A stretch of DNA of 64,000 bases from an uncultured Bacilli bacterium. GTDB taxonomy: Bacteria; Bacillota_I; Bacilli_A; RF39; UBA660. The position numbers were made by a program, and so were the translations under genes. The stretch lies in assembly GCA_934167825.1 (NCBI GenBank), contig CAKPLY010000004.1:90-64089 (forward strand), in the 5' to 3' direction. Position 1 is the stretch's first letter; each line of letters begins with the position of its first letter. Of this stretch, positions 55,571-64,000 are shown piece after piece. Under the pieces are notes generated by a model. That model was not told the origin of the DNA and did no database searches. It saw only the letters and a program-made list of their open reading frames with translations.

Positions 55571-55890
55571 ATGTCGGTAAATATAATAAGTTGATATCTA
55601 TATACCAAGTAAATGATGGAGAAGATGACTGTGGGTTCAAAGGAAATACCAAGACACTTCTCCTAAAAACTTGGGCTAATGTGAAAACAACAAAAGGTTT
55701 TACATTGATAGCAAACAATTCTGATTTTGAAAAGGCATATACGAACTTTACTATTCGTTATCCCAAGACAGAAATAACTCGTGACATGATAATAGAATTT
55801 AATTCTAAGACATACACGATTGAATACTTAAACAATGTTGATGAGGAGAATGTAGAACTAGAAATCCAAGCTAAGGAGGTAACTAAGTAA
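55564..55890 (+). CDS. Head closure / head-tail adaptor protein
   Basis: W.NVK...G.......F...YT.FTIRY......M.I.....Y.I pattern. Confidence 0.6.
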   Translation: MLDVGKYNKLISIYQVNDGEDDCGFKGNTKTLLLKTWANVKTTKGFTLIANNSDFEKAYTNFTIRYPKTEITRDMIIEFNSKTYTIEYLNNVDEENVELEIQAKEVTK

Positions 55891-56300
55891 TGGCAGGATT
55901 TAATCTAGAACTACCTACGGAAGTAATAGGATCAATAAATAAACTTTATGACAATGCAGAAGATATGATGAAACAGATGACAAGAGCCGGAGCAGAAGTA
56001 GTTTATAACAATATTCAAAGTAATATGAAAAGAAGTTTTAAAACTACAAAAAGTCTAGAAAAAGGATTAAAAATCACACGATCATACAAAACCAAAAGTG
56101 ATGATGCTATAAACACAAAGGTAGGATTCTATGGATACGATGATGATGGAGTGGCAATACCACTTAAAGCATTAGCTCGTGAGTATGGTACAAGTCGTGG
56201 AGAAAAAAAGAAACCTTTTATGAGAAAGTCTTTTAAAACTACAGCATCAATAACAGATGCAATGCTTAAAGTTCAGGAAAGGTATATCAAAGATGAATGA
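55890..56300 (+). CDS. HK97 gp10-like tail-attachment protein
   Basis: Position and size. Confidence 0.45.
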   Translation: MAGFNLELPTEVIGSINKLYDNAEDMMKQMTRAGAEVVYNNIQSNMKRSFKTTKSLEKGLKITRSYKTKSDDAINTKVGFYGYDDDGVAIPLKALAREYGTSRGEKKKPFMRKSFKTTASITDAMLKVQERYIKDE

Positions 56301-56640
56301 TTATAAATTATTAAAAAAAATCTTTACTAATTTTACGGTAGAAGAGGAGAAAATACCTGTTGAATATATCAAGTACAAAGGTAAGAAAAAAACCTATGTA
56401 ACTTATACATTTACAGATGATGATCCAAAACTATTCGGAGAAGATAAAGAAATCGGAAGTGTCATAGCTGTTGATATAGATATTTATAGCGATGGTAATT
56501 ATTTAGCAATACGAGAAGCAGTGGAAACACTAATGGAAGAAAACGAGTTCATAAGAACAGGATGTAGTCCTGATATGTATGAAGAAGACACAGGATTATT
56601 TCATAAGACCATAGAATTTGAAAAAGAAAGGATGCGATAA
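56293..56640 (+). CDS. Tail completion/terminator-like protein
   Basis: ATGA overlap with the upstream gene; lies before the major tail gene. Confidence 0.35.
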   Translation: MNDYKLLKKIFTNFTVEEEKIPVEYIKYKGKKKTYVTYTFTDDDPKLFGEDKEIGSVIAVDIDIYSDGNYLAIREAVETLMEENEFIRTGCSPDMYEEDTGLFHKTIEFEKERMR

Positions 56641-56641
56641 T

Positions 56642-57196
56642 ATGGCAAGAATAGGATTGAAATATTTTAGATATGGAATATTAGATGAAGAAACCGAAAC
56701 ATACGGAGGAGCATTGCAATTAGGTAAAGCTGTCGACTGTAAGGTTTCTTTAGATCTAAACTCAGCAGAATTATATGCTGATGATGGATTAGCAGAAAGT
56801 GATTATACAGTAAAAAAAGGTACAGTATCAATTACTGTAGATGAAGATGATGATACTACAATGTCTAATTTAACAGGACATGAAATATCTGAGGATGGAG
56901 AAATCGTTAGAAAAGATTCTGATGTTGCTCCATATGTAGGATTCGGTAGAATTATCACTAAAGTAGTAAATGGAGCTTACAAATATAAAGTAGAGTTCTT
57001 AAATAAGGTAAAATTTAAAGATGCACTTCCTGATGAAAAAACAAAAGGAGAAAGTGTAGAGTTCACTACAACTTCATTAGAGGGAACTGTATTGAAACTA
57101 ACTGATGGTTCATGGTCAAAGACAAAAACATTTAATACTTATAATGATGCAATAACTTATCTAGAAAGTCTATTGACTAAACCAACAGGAGAATAG
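56642..57196 (+). CDS. Major tail protein
   Basis: MARIGLKYF start. Lies immediately upstream of the chaperone and tape measure genes. Confidence 0.65.
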   Translation: MARIGLKYFRYGILDEETETYGGALQLGKAVDCKVSLDLNSAELYADDGLAESDYTVKKGTVSITVDEDDDTTMSNLTGHEISEDGEIVRKDSDVAPYVGFGRIITKVVNGAYKYKVEFLNKVKFKDALPDEKTKGESVEFTTTSLEGTVLKLTDGSWSKTKTFNTYNDAITYLESLLTKPTGE

Positions 57197-57206
57197 GAGA
57201 GTTTAA

Positions 57207-57557
57207 ATGAAAGATTATAAATTTGAATTTGAAGTTGATGATAAGAAATATACATTAGTTTTTAACTTGAATGTAATGGAAACCATCCAAGCAAAATATG
57301 GAAGTGTTCAAAAATGGGGAAGACTCACTGATAGCAAAAAAGGAGAACCTAATGCTAAAGCCTTAATATTTGGATTTGCTGAAATGATAAATGAAGCAAT
57401 TGATATTGAAAACGAGGCAAATAATACAGAGAAACCTTTCTTAACACTAAAACAAGTTGGAAGAATAATAACAAAAGCAGGTATTCAAGAATCTGCTAAA
57501 AAATTAAATAAAGCCATAACTGAAAGTGTTAAGGATGAACACCCAAAAAACATATAG
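57207..57557 (+). CDS. Tail assembly chaperone (G-like)
   Basis: Lies between the major tail and tape measure genes; ends just after a slippery heptamer. Confidence 0.65.
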   Translation: MKDYKFEFEVDDKKYTLVFNLNVMETIQAKYGSVQKWGRLTDSKKGEPNAKALIFGFAEMINEAIDIENEANNTEKPFLTLKQVGRIITKAGIQESAKKLNKAITESVKDEHPKNI

Positions 57558-57775
57558 TCCACGAGGATGAATCCGAAAAGATAGATTTCTCGTGGATTTT
57601 ATTTGTAGGAATTAAACTATTAGGTCTACCACGAAAAGATGTAGGAAGACTGACATATAGAACATTTAAAAATCTTTATTATCACTACCAAAACTACTAT
57701 GACTTTACTTTAAAACAAGTTAGTTATAAAAGGCTTGATGAATTAGTGATGGAAGAAGAGGAGTGGATAAAGTAG
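57207..57775 (+). CDS. Tail assembly chaperone -1 frameshift product (GT-like)
   Basis: The -1 frame is open from 57542 to TAG 57773-57775 (..PKKHIVHEDESEKIDFSWILFVG...EEEEWIK*). Confidence 0.6.
57545..57551 (+). promoter_or_regulatory. Slippery heptamer A_AAA_AAC for a programmed -1 frameshift
   Basis: The zero-frame codons cca aaa aac lie 2 codons before the stop. Confidence 0.6.
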
Positions 57776-57789
57776 AGAGGAGGTAACAT

Positions 57790-60423
57790 ATGGCAGGAGG
57801 ATCCTTTGGTGGTTCTATTAAATTGACAGGAGAAAGTGAATATACAAGAGCTTTAAAAACAATTACGAGTAATCTAACTGTTATGGCTAGTGAGATGAAG
57901 CTAGTATCAAGTCAATTTGGTTCTACAGACAAATCTGTTCAAGCTGTTACCTCTAGAAATCAAGTGCTTAATAAACAAATAGAAGAGGGAAATAAAAAAA
58001 TAAGTACCTATAGAAATGCACTTGCTGACTTTGAAAAACAGCAAACAGATAATAAAAAAACAATTGACAGTTTAAAGGTTAGTCTAGAAGAAGAAACAAA
58101 AAAACTCAATGAGATGGAGAAAAGTACAACAGCCTCATCAAATGAGATAGCTAACCAAAAACAAAAAGTAGCAGACTTATCAAATGAACTAGCACGAAAC
58201 GAGGCTCAATATGATAAGAATAATCAGACTATAAATAGATATAAAACACAATTAAATCTATCAGAAGCAGAAGTAAATAGACTAACTTCTGAATTAGATA
58301 AGAATAAGGCAGAACTTAATGATAATAGAAGCTCTTATACTAAGTTGACAGATACAATATCAGACCAAAAAGTAAAATTAAATGATTTAAAAGTGCAATA
58401 TGGATCCGTTGTGTTAGAACAGGGTAAAAACTCTAAGGAATCAAAAGCATTAGCAAATGAGATAAAGACATTATCAGGAAATATAAAAGATAATGAAACT
58501 AAGTTGAAAGAATCCACAAAAGCTGTGGATCAATTTACTGATGCAGAAAAAGGTGCAGGATCCGAAACACTTAAATTGGGAGATTTAATTAAAGCTAATC
58601 TTACAAGCGAGGTAATAATAGCCGGTGTTAAAGGATTAGCCAATGCTATGAAGAGTGTTGCTAGTGGTCTTGTTAACATAGGAAAAGAAGCAATAAAAAA
58701 CTATGCTGACTATGAGCAGTTAATAGGTGGTGTAGAAACACTATTCAAAGAAAGTGCTGATGTAGTTGAGGGATACGCTAATAATGCATACAAAACAGCA
58801 GGATTAAGTGCTAATGAATACATGGAAACAGTTACTTCTTTTAGTGCGAGTCTATTACAATCACTAGATGGAGATACAGCTAAAGTTGCTGAGGTAAGTA
58901 ATATGGCAGTAACAGACATGGCTGATAATGCGAATAAGATGGGTACAAGTATGTCTATGATACAAAGTGCATATCAGGGATTCGCAAAACAAAACTATAC
59001 CATGTTAGATAACCTTAAGTTAGGTTATGGTGGTACTAAGACAGAGATGGAAAGATTACTTGCTGATGCTACTAAGATAAGTGGAGTCAAGTATGACATA
59101 AGCAGTTTAAATGATGTATATCAGGCAATCCATGTAATACAGGGAGAACTTGGAATCACAGGAACGACAGCTAAAGAGGCGAGTACAACAATATCAGGAT
59201 CCTTAAACTCTATGAAATCAGCATGGCAAAACTTATTAACAGGAATAGCAGATGATAATGCAGACTTCGAGGGCTTAATAGGTAACTTCGTAGAAAGTAT
59301 TATGACATTTGCAGATAATATAGTTCCAAGAATAGAAATTGTCATGGATGGATTAGTAGATTTGATATTAGGAATGGCAGATACATTGCTACCTAAGGTA
59401 CTTGATATAGCTGTAAATTTGGTACAGAACTTAGTATCAGGTATTACAAATAATATTGGCACACTGATGACAACTATAAATCAGATGATAAACACAATAC
59501 TTAATGCATTGATAGGAATGTTACCTCAAATACTACAAGCAGGAATACAAGTCATAGTTTCATTGATTACAGGTATATCTCAGGCATTGCCTACATTGAT
59601 ACCACAGATAGTAGAAGCAGTAGTTTTAATGGTAGAAACATTGATAGATAATTTAGATCTAATTATTGATGCAGGAATCCAATTGATTATAGGCTTGGCT
59701 GATGGTCTTATAAAAGCATTACCAATACTAATTGATAAGATACCTATAATAATAGATAAATTGATAAATGCTATTGTAGATAACCTACCAAAGATTCTAG
59801 AAATGGGTATTATTCTAATAGTTAAACTAGCAGAGGGCTTGATAAAAGCAATACCTCAATTAGTTTCAAAAATACCACAAATCATAACATCATTACTAAA
59901 TGGAATAAAGAACTATTTCGGTAAAATGTTATCGATTGGTGGAGATTTGCTAGGTAAGGTAAAAGAGGGTATCACAAAAGGAATCTCAGGAATGCTAGAT
60001 GTCGGTAAGAATTTAGTTCAGGGATTATGGAGTGGTATCAATAATGCTAAGCAGTGGGTACTTGATAAAATAAAAGGATTTGGTAAGTCCATCCTTAACG
60101 GAATTAAATCGTTCTTCGGAATCCACTCACCATCAACTCTATTTAGAGATGAAATAGGTAGTAACTTAGCCTTAGGTATAGGAGAGGGATTCGAAGATGA
60201 AATGAGTAATGTCTCGGATATGATGGAAGATGCAATACCGAAAGACTTTGATGTCGGTGTTAATACTAATTATGATGGAATAAATGTTGAAAATAACAGT
60301 TATTCAAAAGATATGTTAGTAACAGCATTCAGAGAAGCACTTGATGGTATGACTTTCAAAGCATTTGATGAAACATTTGGAGAATTGGTAATAGATAAAG
60401 TAGAAAAGGTGGTGTATTCATAA
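57790..60423 (+). CDS. Tape measure protein
   Basis: 877 aa. N-terminal coiled coil and a central hydrophobic, Gly/Ile/Leu-rich region. Position is typical. Confidence 0.9.
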   Translation: MAGGSFGGSIKLTGESEYTRALKTITSNLTVMASEMKLVSSQFGSTDKSVQAVTSRNQVLNKQIEEGNKKISTYRNALADFEKQQTDNKKTIDSLKVSLEEETKKLNEMEKSTTASSNEIANQKQKVADLSNELARNEAQYDKNNQTINRYKTQLNLSEAEVNRLTSELDKNKAELNDNRSSYTKLTDTISDQKVKLNDLKVQYGSVVLEQGKNSKESKALANEIKTLSGNIKDNETKLKESTKAVDQFTDAEKGAGSETLKLGDLIKANLTSEVIIAGVKGLANAMKSVASGLVNIGKEAIKNYADYEQLIGGVETLFKESADVVEGYANNAYKTAGLSANEYMETVTSFSASLLQSLDGDTAKVAEVSNMAVTDMADNANKMGTSMSMIQSAYQGFAKQNYTMLDNLKLGYGGTKTEMERLLADATKISGVKYDISSLNDVYQAIHVIQGELGITGTTAKEASTTISGSLNSMKSAWQNLLTGIADDNADFEGLIGNFVESIMTFADNIVPRIEIVMDGLVDLILGMADTLLPKVLDIAVNLVQNLVSGITNNIGTLMTTINQMINTILNALIGMLPQILQAGIQVIVSLITGISQALPTLIPQIVEAVVLMVETLIDNLDLIIDAGIQLIIGLADGLIKALPILIDKIPIIIDKLINAIVDNLPKILEMGIILIVKLAEGLIKAIPQLVSKIPQIITSLLNGIKNYFGKMLSIGGDLLGKVKEGITKGISGMLDVGKNLVQGLWSGINNAKQWVLDKIKGFGKSILNGIKSFFGIHSPSTLFRDEIGSNLALGIGEGFEDEMSNVSDMMEDAIPKDFDVGVNTNYDGINVENNSYSKDMLVTAFREALDGMTFKAFDETFGELVIDKVEKVVYS

Positions 60424-61121
60424 TGTCAAAGATAAATTGGAAAGGAATCAATAGTGATACAATAACAGGTTTGATAATAAGTGAATTACCACCAATATCT
60501 AAACCAAAAATGAAAACCACAATCACAAAGATAGATGGTAGAGATGGAGATATCATAGAAGAATTAGGATATGAGAGTTATACAAAAAGCATAAAAGTAG
60601 GATTATCGAAAAACTATGATATTGATGAGGTAATCAAATACTTTACAGGTTCCGGAGATTTAATAATGTCTAATGAACCTGATAAAGTATATAAATGTCA
60701 AATCATAGAAAAGGTAGATTACAATAAGTTGCTAAGATTTAAGACAGCAACGGTAAAGTTTTATACTCAGCCTTTTAAATACAAAAAAGATGAACCTAAA
60801 GCTATCTTAAACATAGATGGAGAAACTTCTATGACAGTAGATAACATAGGATTAGAAAAATCTAAGCCAATCATAAAACTAACAGGATCCGGAACAGTAG
60901 CCATCCAATTAAATGGAGCTACTGTTTTTAATTACATATTTCCTGAAAATGAAACTGAAGTAATTATCGATAGTATCCAAGAAGAAGCTTACCTCAATGG
61001 ATTTTATAAAAATAGAAATATGACAGGAGAGTTTCCTATCTTAGAAGTTGGAGAAAATACAATATCATGGTCAGGAAACTTAACAAAAATAGAGATAGAA
61101 CCTAAGAGTAGGTGGTTGTAA
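60423..61121 (+). CDS. Distal tail protein (Dit)
   Basis: Lies directly after the tape measure gene. ..ISELPPISKPKMK...KIDGRDGD start is typical of siphovirus tail-family proteins. Confidence 0.7.
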   Translation: MSKINWKGINSDTITGLIISELPPISKPKMKTTITKIDGRDGDIIEELGYESYTKSIKVGLSKNYDIDEVIKYFTGSGDLIMSNEPDKVYKCQIIEKVDYNKLLRFKTATVKFYTQPFKYKKDEPKAILNIDGETSMTVDNIGLEKSKPIIKLTGSGTVAIQLNGATVFNYIFPENETEVIIDSIQEEAYLNGFYKNRNMTGEFPILEVGENTISWSGNLTKIEIEPKSRWL

Positions 61122-62767
61122 TGATTAAAGTATATGAATCAACAGAAAAACTATTTAATCATAATGGCTTAAAGATACTACATCCATTAAAAGCAGTAAT
61201 ATACATAGAAGATAATGGAGATTACTATTTAGATTTAGAAACTACGATAGATGATATTGAGTATATACAAGAGGGAAATATAGTTCGTGCTAATACAAGA
61301 TGGGGAGAGCAGGGATTCCGATTAACTAATCCACAGAAAAAGAATAATAGGATAACAGTAAGAGGATATCACTTGTGGAAAGACTCATCTAAGTATGTGA
61401 TAGTCAACAGTTATGTGGAAAACAAAGACTGTAATTATGCTCTAGAACATTTAAATAGTGCCTGTGATTTAATAACACCTTTTACAACAATATCAGATAT
61501 CAATACTCTCAATTCAGTAAGAATAGTTAGAAAGAGCTTTGAAGAAACAATAGCAATTCTAATAGAAAGATGGGGTGGACATCTATATCGTGATAATTGG
61601 GTAATAGGAATTAAAGAAAATATAGGTATGGATCGTGGAACAGTAATAAAGTATGGAAAGAACTCACAGAATATTGAGGCTGATGAGAATTGGGATGAGG
61701 TAGTAACTAAAATACTACCTGTTGGATACGATGGAATAATGCTTCCTGAGGTATATCTACAATCAGATATTCAATATGATGTTCCGTATACTAAAGTAAT
61801 CAAGTTTGACCAAGAAATAGATCAAGATGATTTTAAAGATGAAGATGGAAATGTAGATGAACAAGCATACCATGAAGCATTGATAAATGATTTAAGAAGT
61901 CAAGCACTTAATTACTTAGAAGAAAATAAATATTTCAAGTGTAATTATAAAGTAAAAGCAGAAATTGATGGTGTTGTAGATTTAGGAGATACAATCATGG
62001 TTAATCATGAGAAGCTAGGAATCAATATAACAACAAATGTTATTGCTTTAAAATATGACTGCATAAGAGATAAATATATAGAAGTAGAGTTCGGTAATTT
62101 TAGATCGAAATTAAAAGATCTATTTAAAAATATAAAAGTTGATACTGAGGAAAGTATAGCCAATGCTAACGAAACAGTTAAAGTAAAACTCGAGGATGAG
62201 TTAAATGAAGCAACCTCTAAGATATGGGGAACATTAGGAGATAGTTATGTAATATATGAGGGAAACAGGATCCTGATAGTAGATGCCTTACCAAAAGAAA
62301 CTGCTAGAAATGTAATGATGATCAATTCAGCAGGAATAGGATTCTCAAATACAGGAATAAACGGAAACTTCACATCAGCATGGCTTATAGATGGAACATT
62401 AGATATGCAAAATATCAATGTAATAAATATGACAGCATCACTTGTTAAGGGTGGAACTTTTAAAGTAGGTGCGAGAGAGAATGAAGCCGGAAGAATAGAA
62501 ATATATAACATAGCAAATCAACTAATAGGAACATTTGATGAAAACGGAATATGTATTTATGGCACAGATGGAAGTCGAGTAATTATTAACCCTGAAGAAT
62601 TTGCAGGATATGATTCTCAGAATAATAAAGTCTTTTGGATGAATGGCGATGAATTTCACATGAAGAAATCTGTAGTAGAAGAGGAAATAACATTATGTAA
62701 CCTAGCAAGATGGTTAGGAATAGAAACTGAGGACAATACCGGAATAGGCATTGTTCCTTTAACTTAG
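61121..62767 (+). CDS. Tail-associated lysin-like / tail tip protein (Tal)
   Basis: TAATG overlap with Dit. MIKVYES....NGL..L start is typical of the prophage endopeptidase-tail family. Confidence 0.65.
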   Translation: MIKVYESTEKLFNHNGLKILHPLKAVIYIEDNGDYYLDLETTIDDIEYIQEGNIVRANTRWGEQGFRLTNPQKKNNRITVRGYHLWKDSSKYVIVNSYVENKDCNYALEHLNSACDLITPFTTISDINTLNSVRIVRKSFEETIAILIERWGGHLYRDNWVIGIKENIGMDRGTVIKYGKNSQNIEADENWDEVVTKILPVGYDGIMLPEVYLQSDIQYDVPYTKVIKFDQEIDQDDFKDEDGNVDEQAYHEALINDLRSQALNYLEENKYFKCNYKVKAEIDGVVDLGDTIMVNHEKLGINITTNVIALKYDCIRDKYIEVEFGNFRSKLKDLFKNIKVDTEESIANANETVKVKLEDELNEATSKIWGTLGDSYVIYEGNRILIVDALPKETARNVMMINSAGIGFSNTGINGNFTSAWLIDGTLDMQNINVINMTASLVKGGTFKVGARENEAGRIEIYNIANQLIGTFDENGICIYGTDGSRVIINPEEFAGYDSQNNKVFWMNGDEFHMKKSVVEEEITLCNLARWLGIETEDNTGIGIVPLT

Positions 62768-62777
62768 GAGGTAGACT

Positions 62778-64000
62778 ATGGCAAGTGTTCAAACAAGTTC
62801 ATATGATGGAAGATATTTAAAACTAACGGTAGTTGAAGAATCATATAGTATCGCTAATAATACCTCAACAGTTAGATGGACATTAGAGTCAATTGGTGGA
62901 AATGTTAATTACTATACAATTTACAATTGGGGAGTATGGGTAAACGGTCAACAAAAATATGGTACTCAAACAACCTATTGGAATAGTTATAACTTCCCTG
63001 CAAAAACAGGATCAGTAACAGGAACTATAACAGTAGCTCATAATGCTGATGGTACAGCAGGAAATGTTGGCTTTCAATTAAATGGATGTGTTTATTACAA
63101 CAGATCTAATAGTTATACAGGAAGCATTAGTTTAACAAAAATACCAAGACAGGCTAATTTAACATCGGCACCTGATTTTAATGATGAAGCTAGTCCTACA
63201 ATAGGATATTCTAATCCGGCAGGAAATAGTGTAAGTTCACTAGATGCTTGTATATCGCTTACAGGCTCAAAAGATGATGTTGGATATAGAGCAGTTAGTA
63301 AAACAGGTTCTTTATACACTTTTAATCTTACAGAAGCAGAAAGAAATGTTTTAAGGAATGCATGTCCAAACAGCAACTCATTGAGTGTTAAGTTTTATTT
63401 AAGAACAGTAATAAGTGGAAATACATATTATTCGATTTTGAATAAAACAATGACAATAGTGAATGGAAATCCAACATTTTCATCAGATAATGTTTCGTAC
63501 AAGGATAGTAATAATACAACTGTAGCTGTAACAGGAAACAATCAAAAATTAGTTCAAAGTTTATCAAATCTATTAGTTACAATAACAAGTGCAACAGCAA
63601 AAAAAGGTGCAAGTATCAGTAGGTATGAAGCAACAATAAATGGGATCACAAACTCAATCACTTCAGCAGGTAATATAGACTTTGGAGTAATAAACTCAGC
63701 TAATGATTTAACCTTATCAGTAAAAACTGTAGATAGTAGAGGAAATACAACAACAATATCAAAAACAGTTAAGTTTCTAGCGTGGGTATTACCAACAGCA
63801 ATAATATCATTAAAGAGAAAGAATAATTATGAGGATGAAAGCTACCTTACGGTAAATGCAACATATTCAAGTGTAGATTCGCAAAACTCAATAACTATTA
63901 ACTATCAATATAAAAAGACCACAGACTCATCATATTCATCACAAACAACGATAAATAATAACACAAGAAAAACCTTATCACTAAGTAAAGATTATGCTTG
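62778..64000 (+). CDS. Partial tail-tip / host-recognition protein (DUF859-like); continues beyond the window
   Basis: ggaggt RBS with ATG at 62778. The frame is open for 407 codons to the window edge. MASVQTSSYDGRYLKLTVVEES.SIANNTSTVRWTLES.GG start. Absent from the ORF track because there is no stop codon. Confidence 0.6.
   Translation, partial: MASVQTSSYDGRYLKLTVVEESYSIANNTSTVRWTLESIGGNVNYYTIYNWGVWVNGQQKYGTQTTYWNSYNFPAKTGSVTGTITVAHNADGTAGNVGFQLNGCVYYNRSNSYTGSISLTKIPRQANLTSAPDFNDEASPTIGYSNPAGNSVSSLDACISLTGSKDDVGYRAVSKTGSLYTFNLTEAERNVLRNACPNSNSLSVKFYLRTVISGNTYYSILNKTMTIVNGNPTFSSDNVSYKDSNNTTVAVTGNNQKLVQSLSNLLVTITSATAKKGASISRYEATINGITNSITSAGNIDFGVINSANDLTLSVKTVDSRGNTTTISKTVKFLAWVLPTAIISLKRKNNYEDESYLTVNATYSSVDSQNSITINYQYKKTTDSSYSSQTTINNNTRKTLSLSKDYA

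Larger units (their letters stand above)
36600..64000. mobile_element. Temperate siphovirus-type prophage. The left end lies directly after secA; the right end is beyond the window.
   Basis: Canonical order: int, CI, cro, recombination/replication, late activator, HNH/terminase, HK97 head, tail, tape measure, Dit, Tal. Confidence 0.9.

Overview
Visibly AT-rich bacterial DNA using the standard code (TGA is used as a stop). It looks like a spore-forming low-GC Bacillota chromosome, possibly Erysipelotrichales or Clostridia-like; that placement is inference from gene content only. The window has two parts. (1) 1-36.56 kb is densely coded chromosome. It holds a 1382-aa orphan protein with a C-terminal Pol-beta-type nucleotidyltransferase domain, a decayed 0.7-kb stretch, and tRNA-Gly(UCC). 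Housekeeping genes follow: tex, dinB, prfA-prmC, murA, rpmE, rpiB, mreB/mbl, ychF, pepF, rpsF-ssb-rpsR, rmuC, prsA, hpf and secA. Sporulation genes are interleaved with them: spoIIR, spoIID, a SpoIIQ-like degenerate M23 protein, spoIIID, and two tiny YjcZ-like ORFs missing from the ORF track. A BspA/DUF285-type surface protein sits behind a poly-G-containing leader. (2) From about 36.6 kb to beyond the window end is a temperate siphovirus-type prophage inserted directly after secA. Its order is tyrosine integrase, CI-like S24 repressor, Cro-like regulator with palindromic operators, then an ERF/exonuclease/SSB/NinB-like recombination module. Next come a DnaD-like replication protein and a sigma-like late activator, followed by an accessory island holding a structured RNA-like region, a SWIM-finger moron and a large serine recombinase operon. 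The late region runs HNH, ParB-methyltransferase, compact MetK-like protein, TerS/TerL, and HK97-type portal/protease/capsid. It continues with head-tail joining genes, major tail protein, a chaperone with a -1 frameshift, tape measure, Dit, Tal, and a tail-tip ORF running off the window. No rRNA or CRISPR array was seen. The best leads are the prophage accessory island, a candidate prophage sRNA with a 23-nt complement across the immunity module, the poly-G leader/terminator upstream of the surface protein, the ParB-MTase/mini-MetK pair, and the giant NTase protein.
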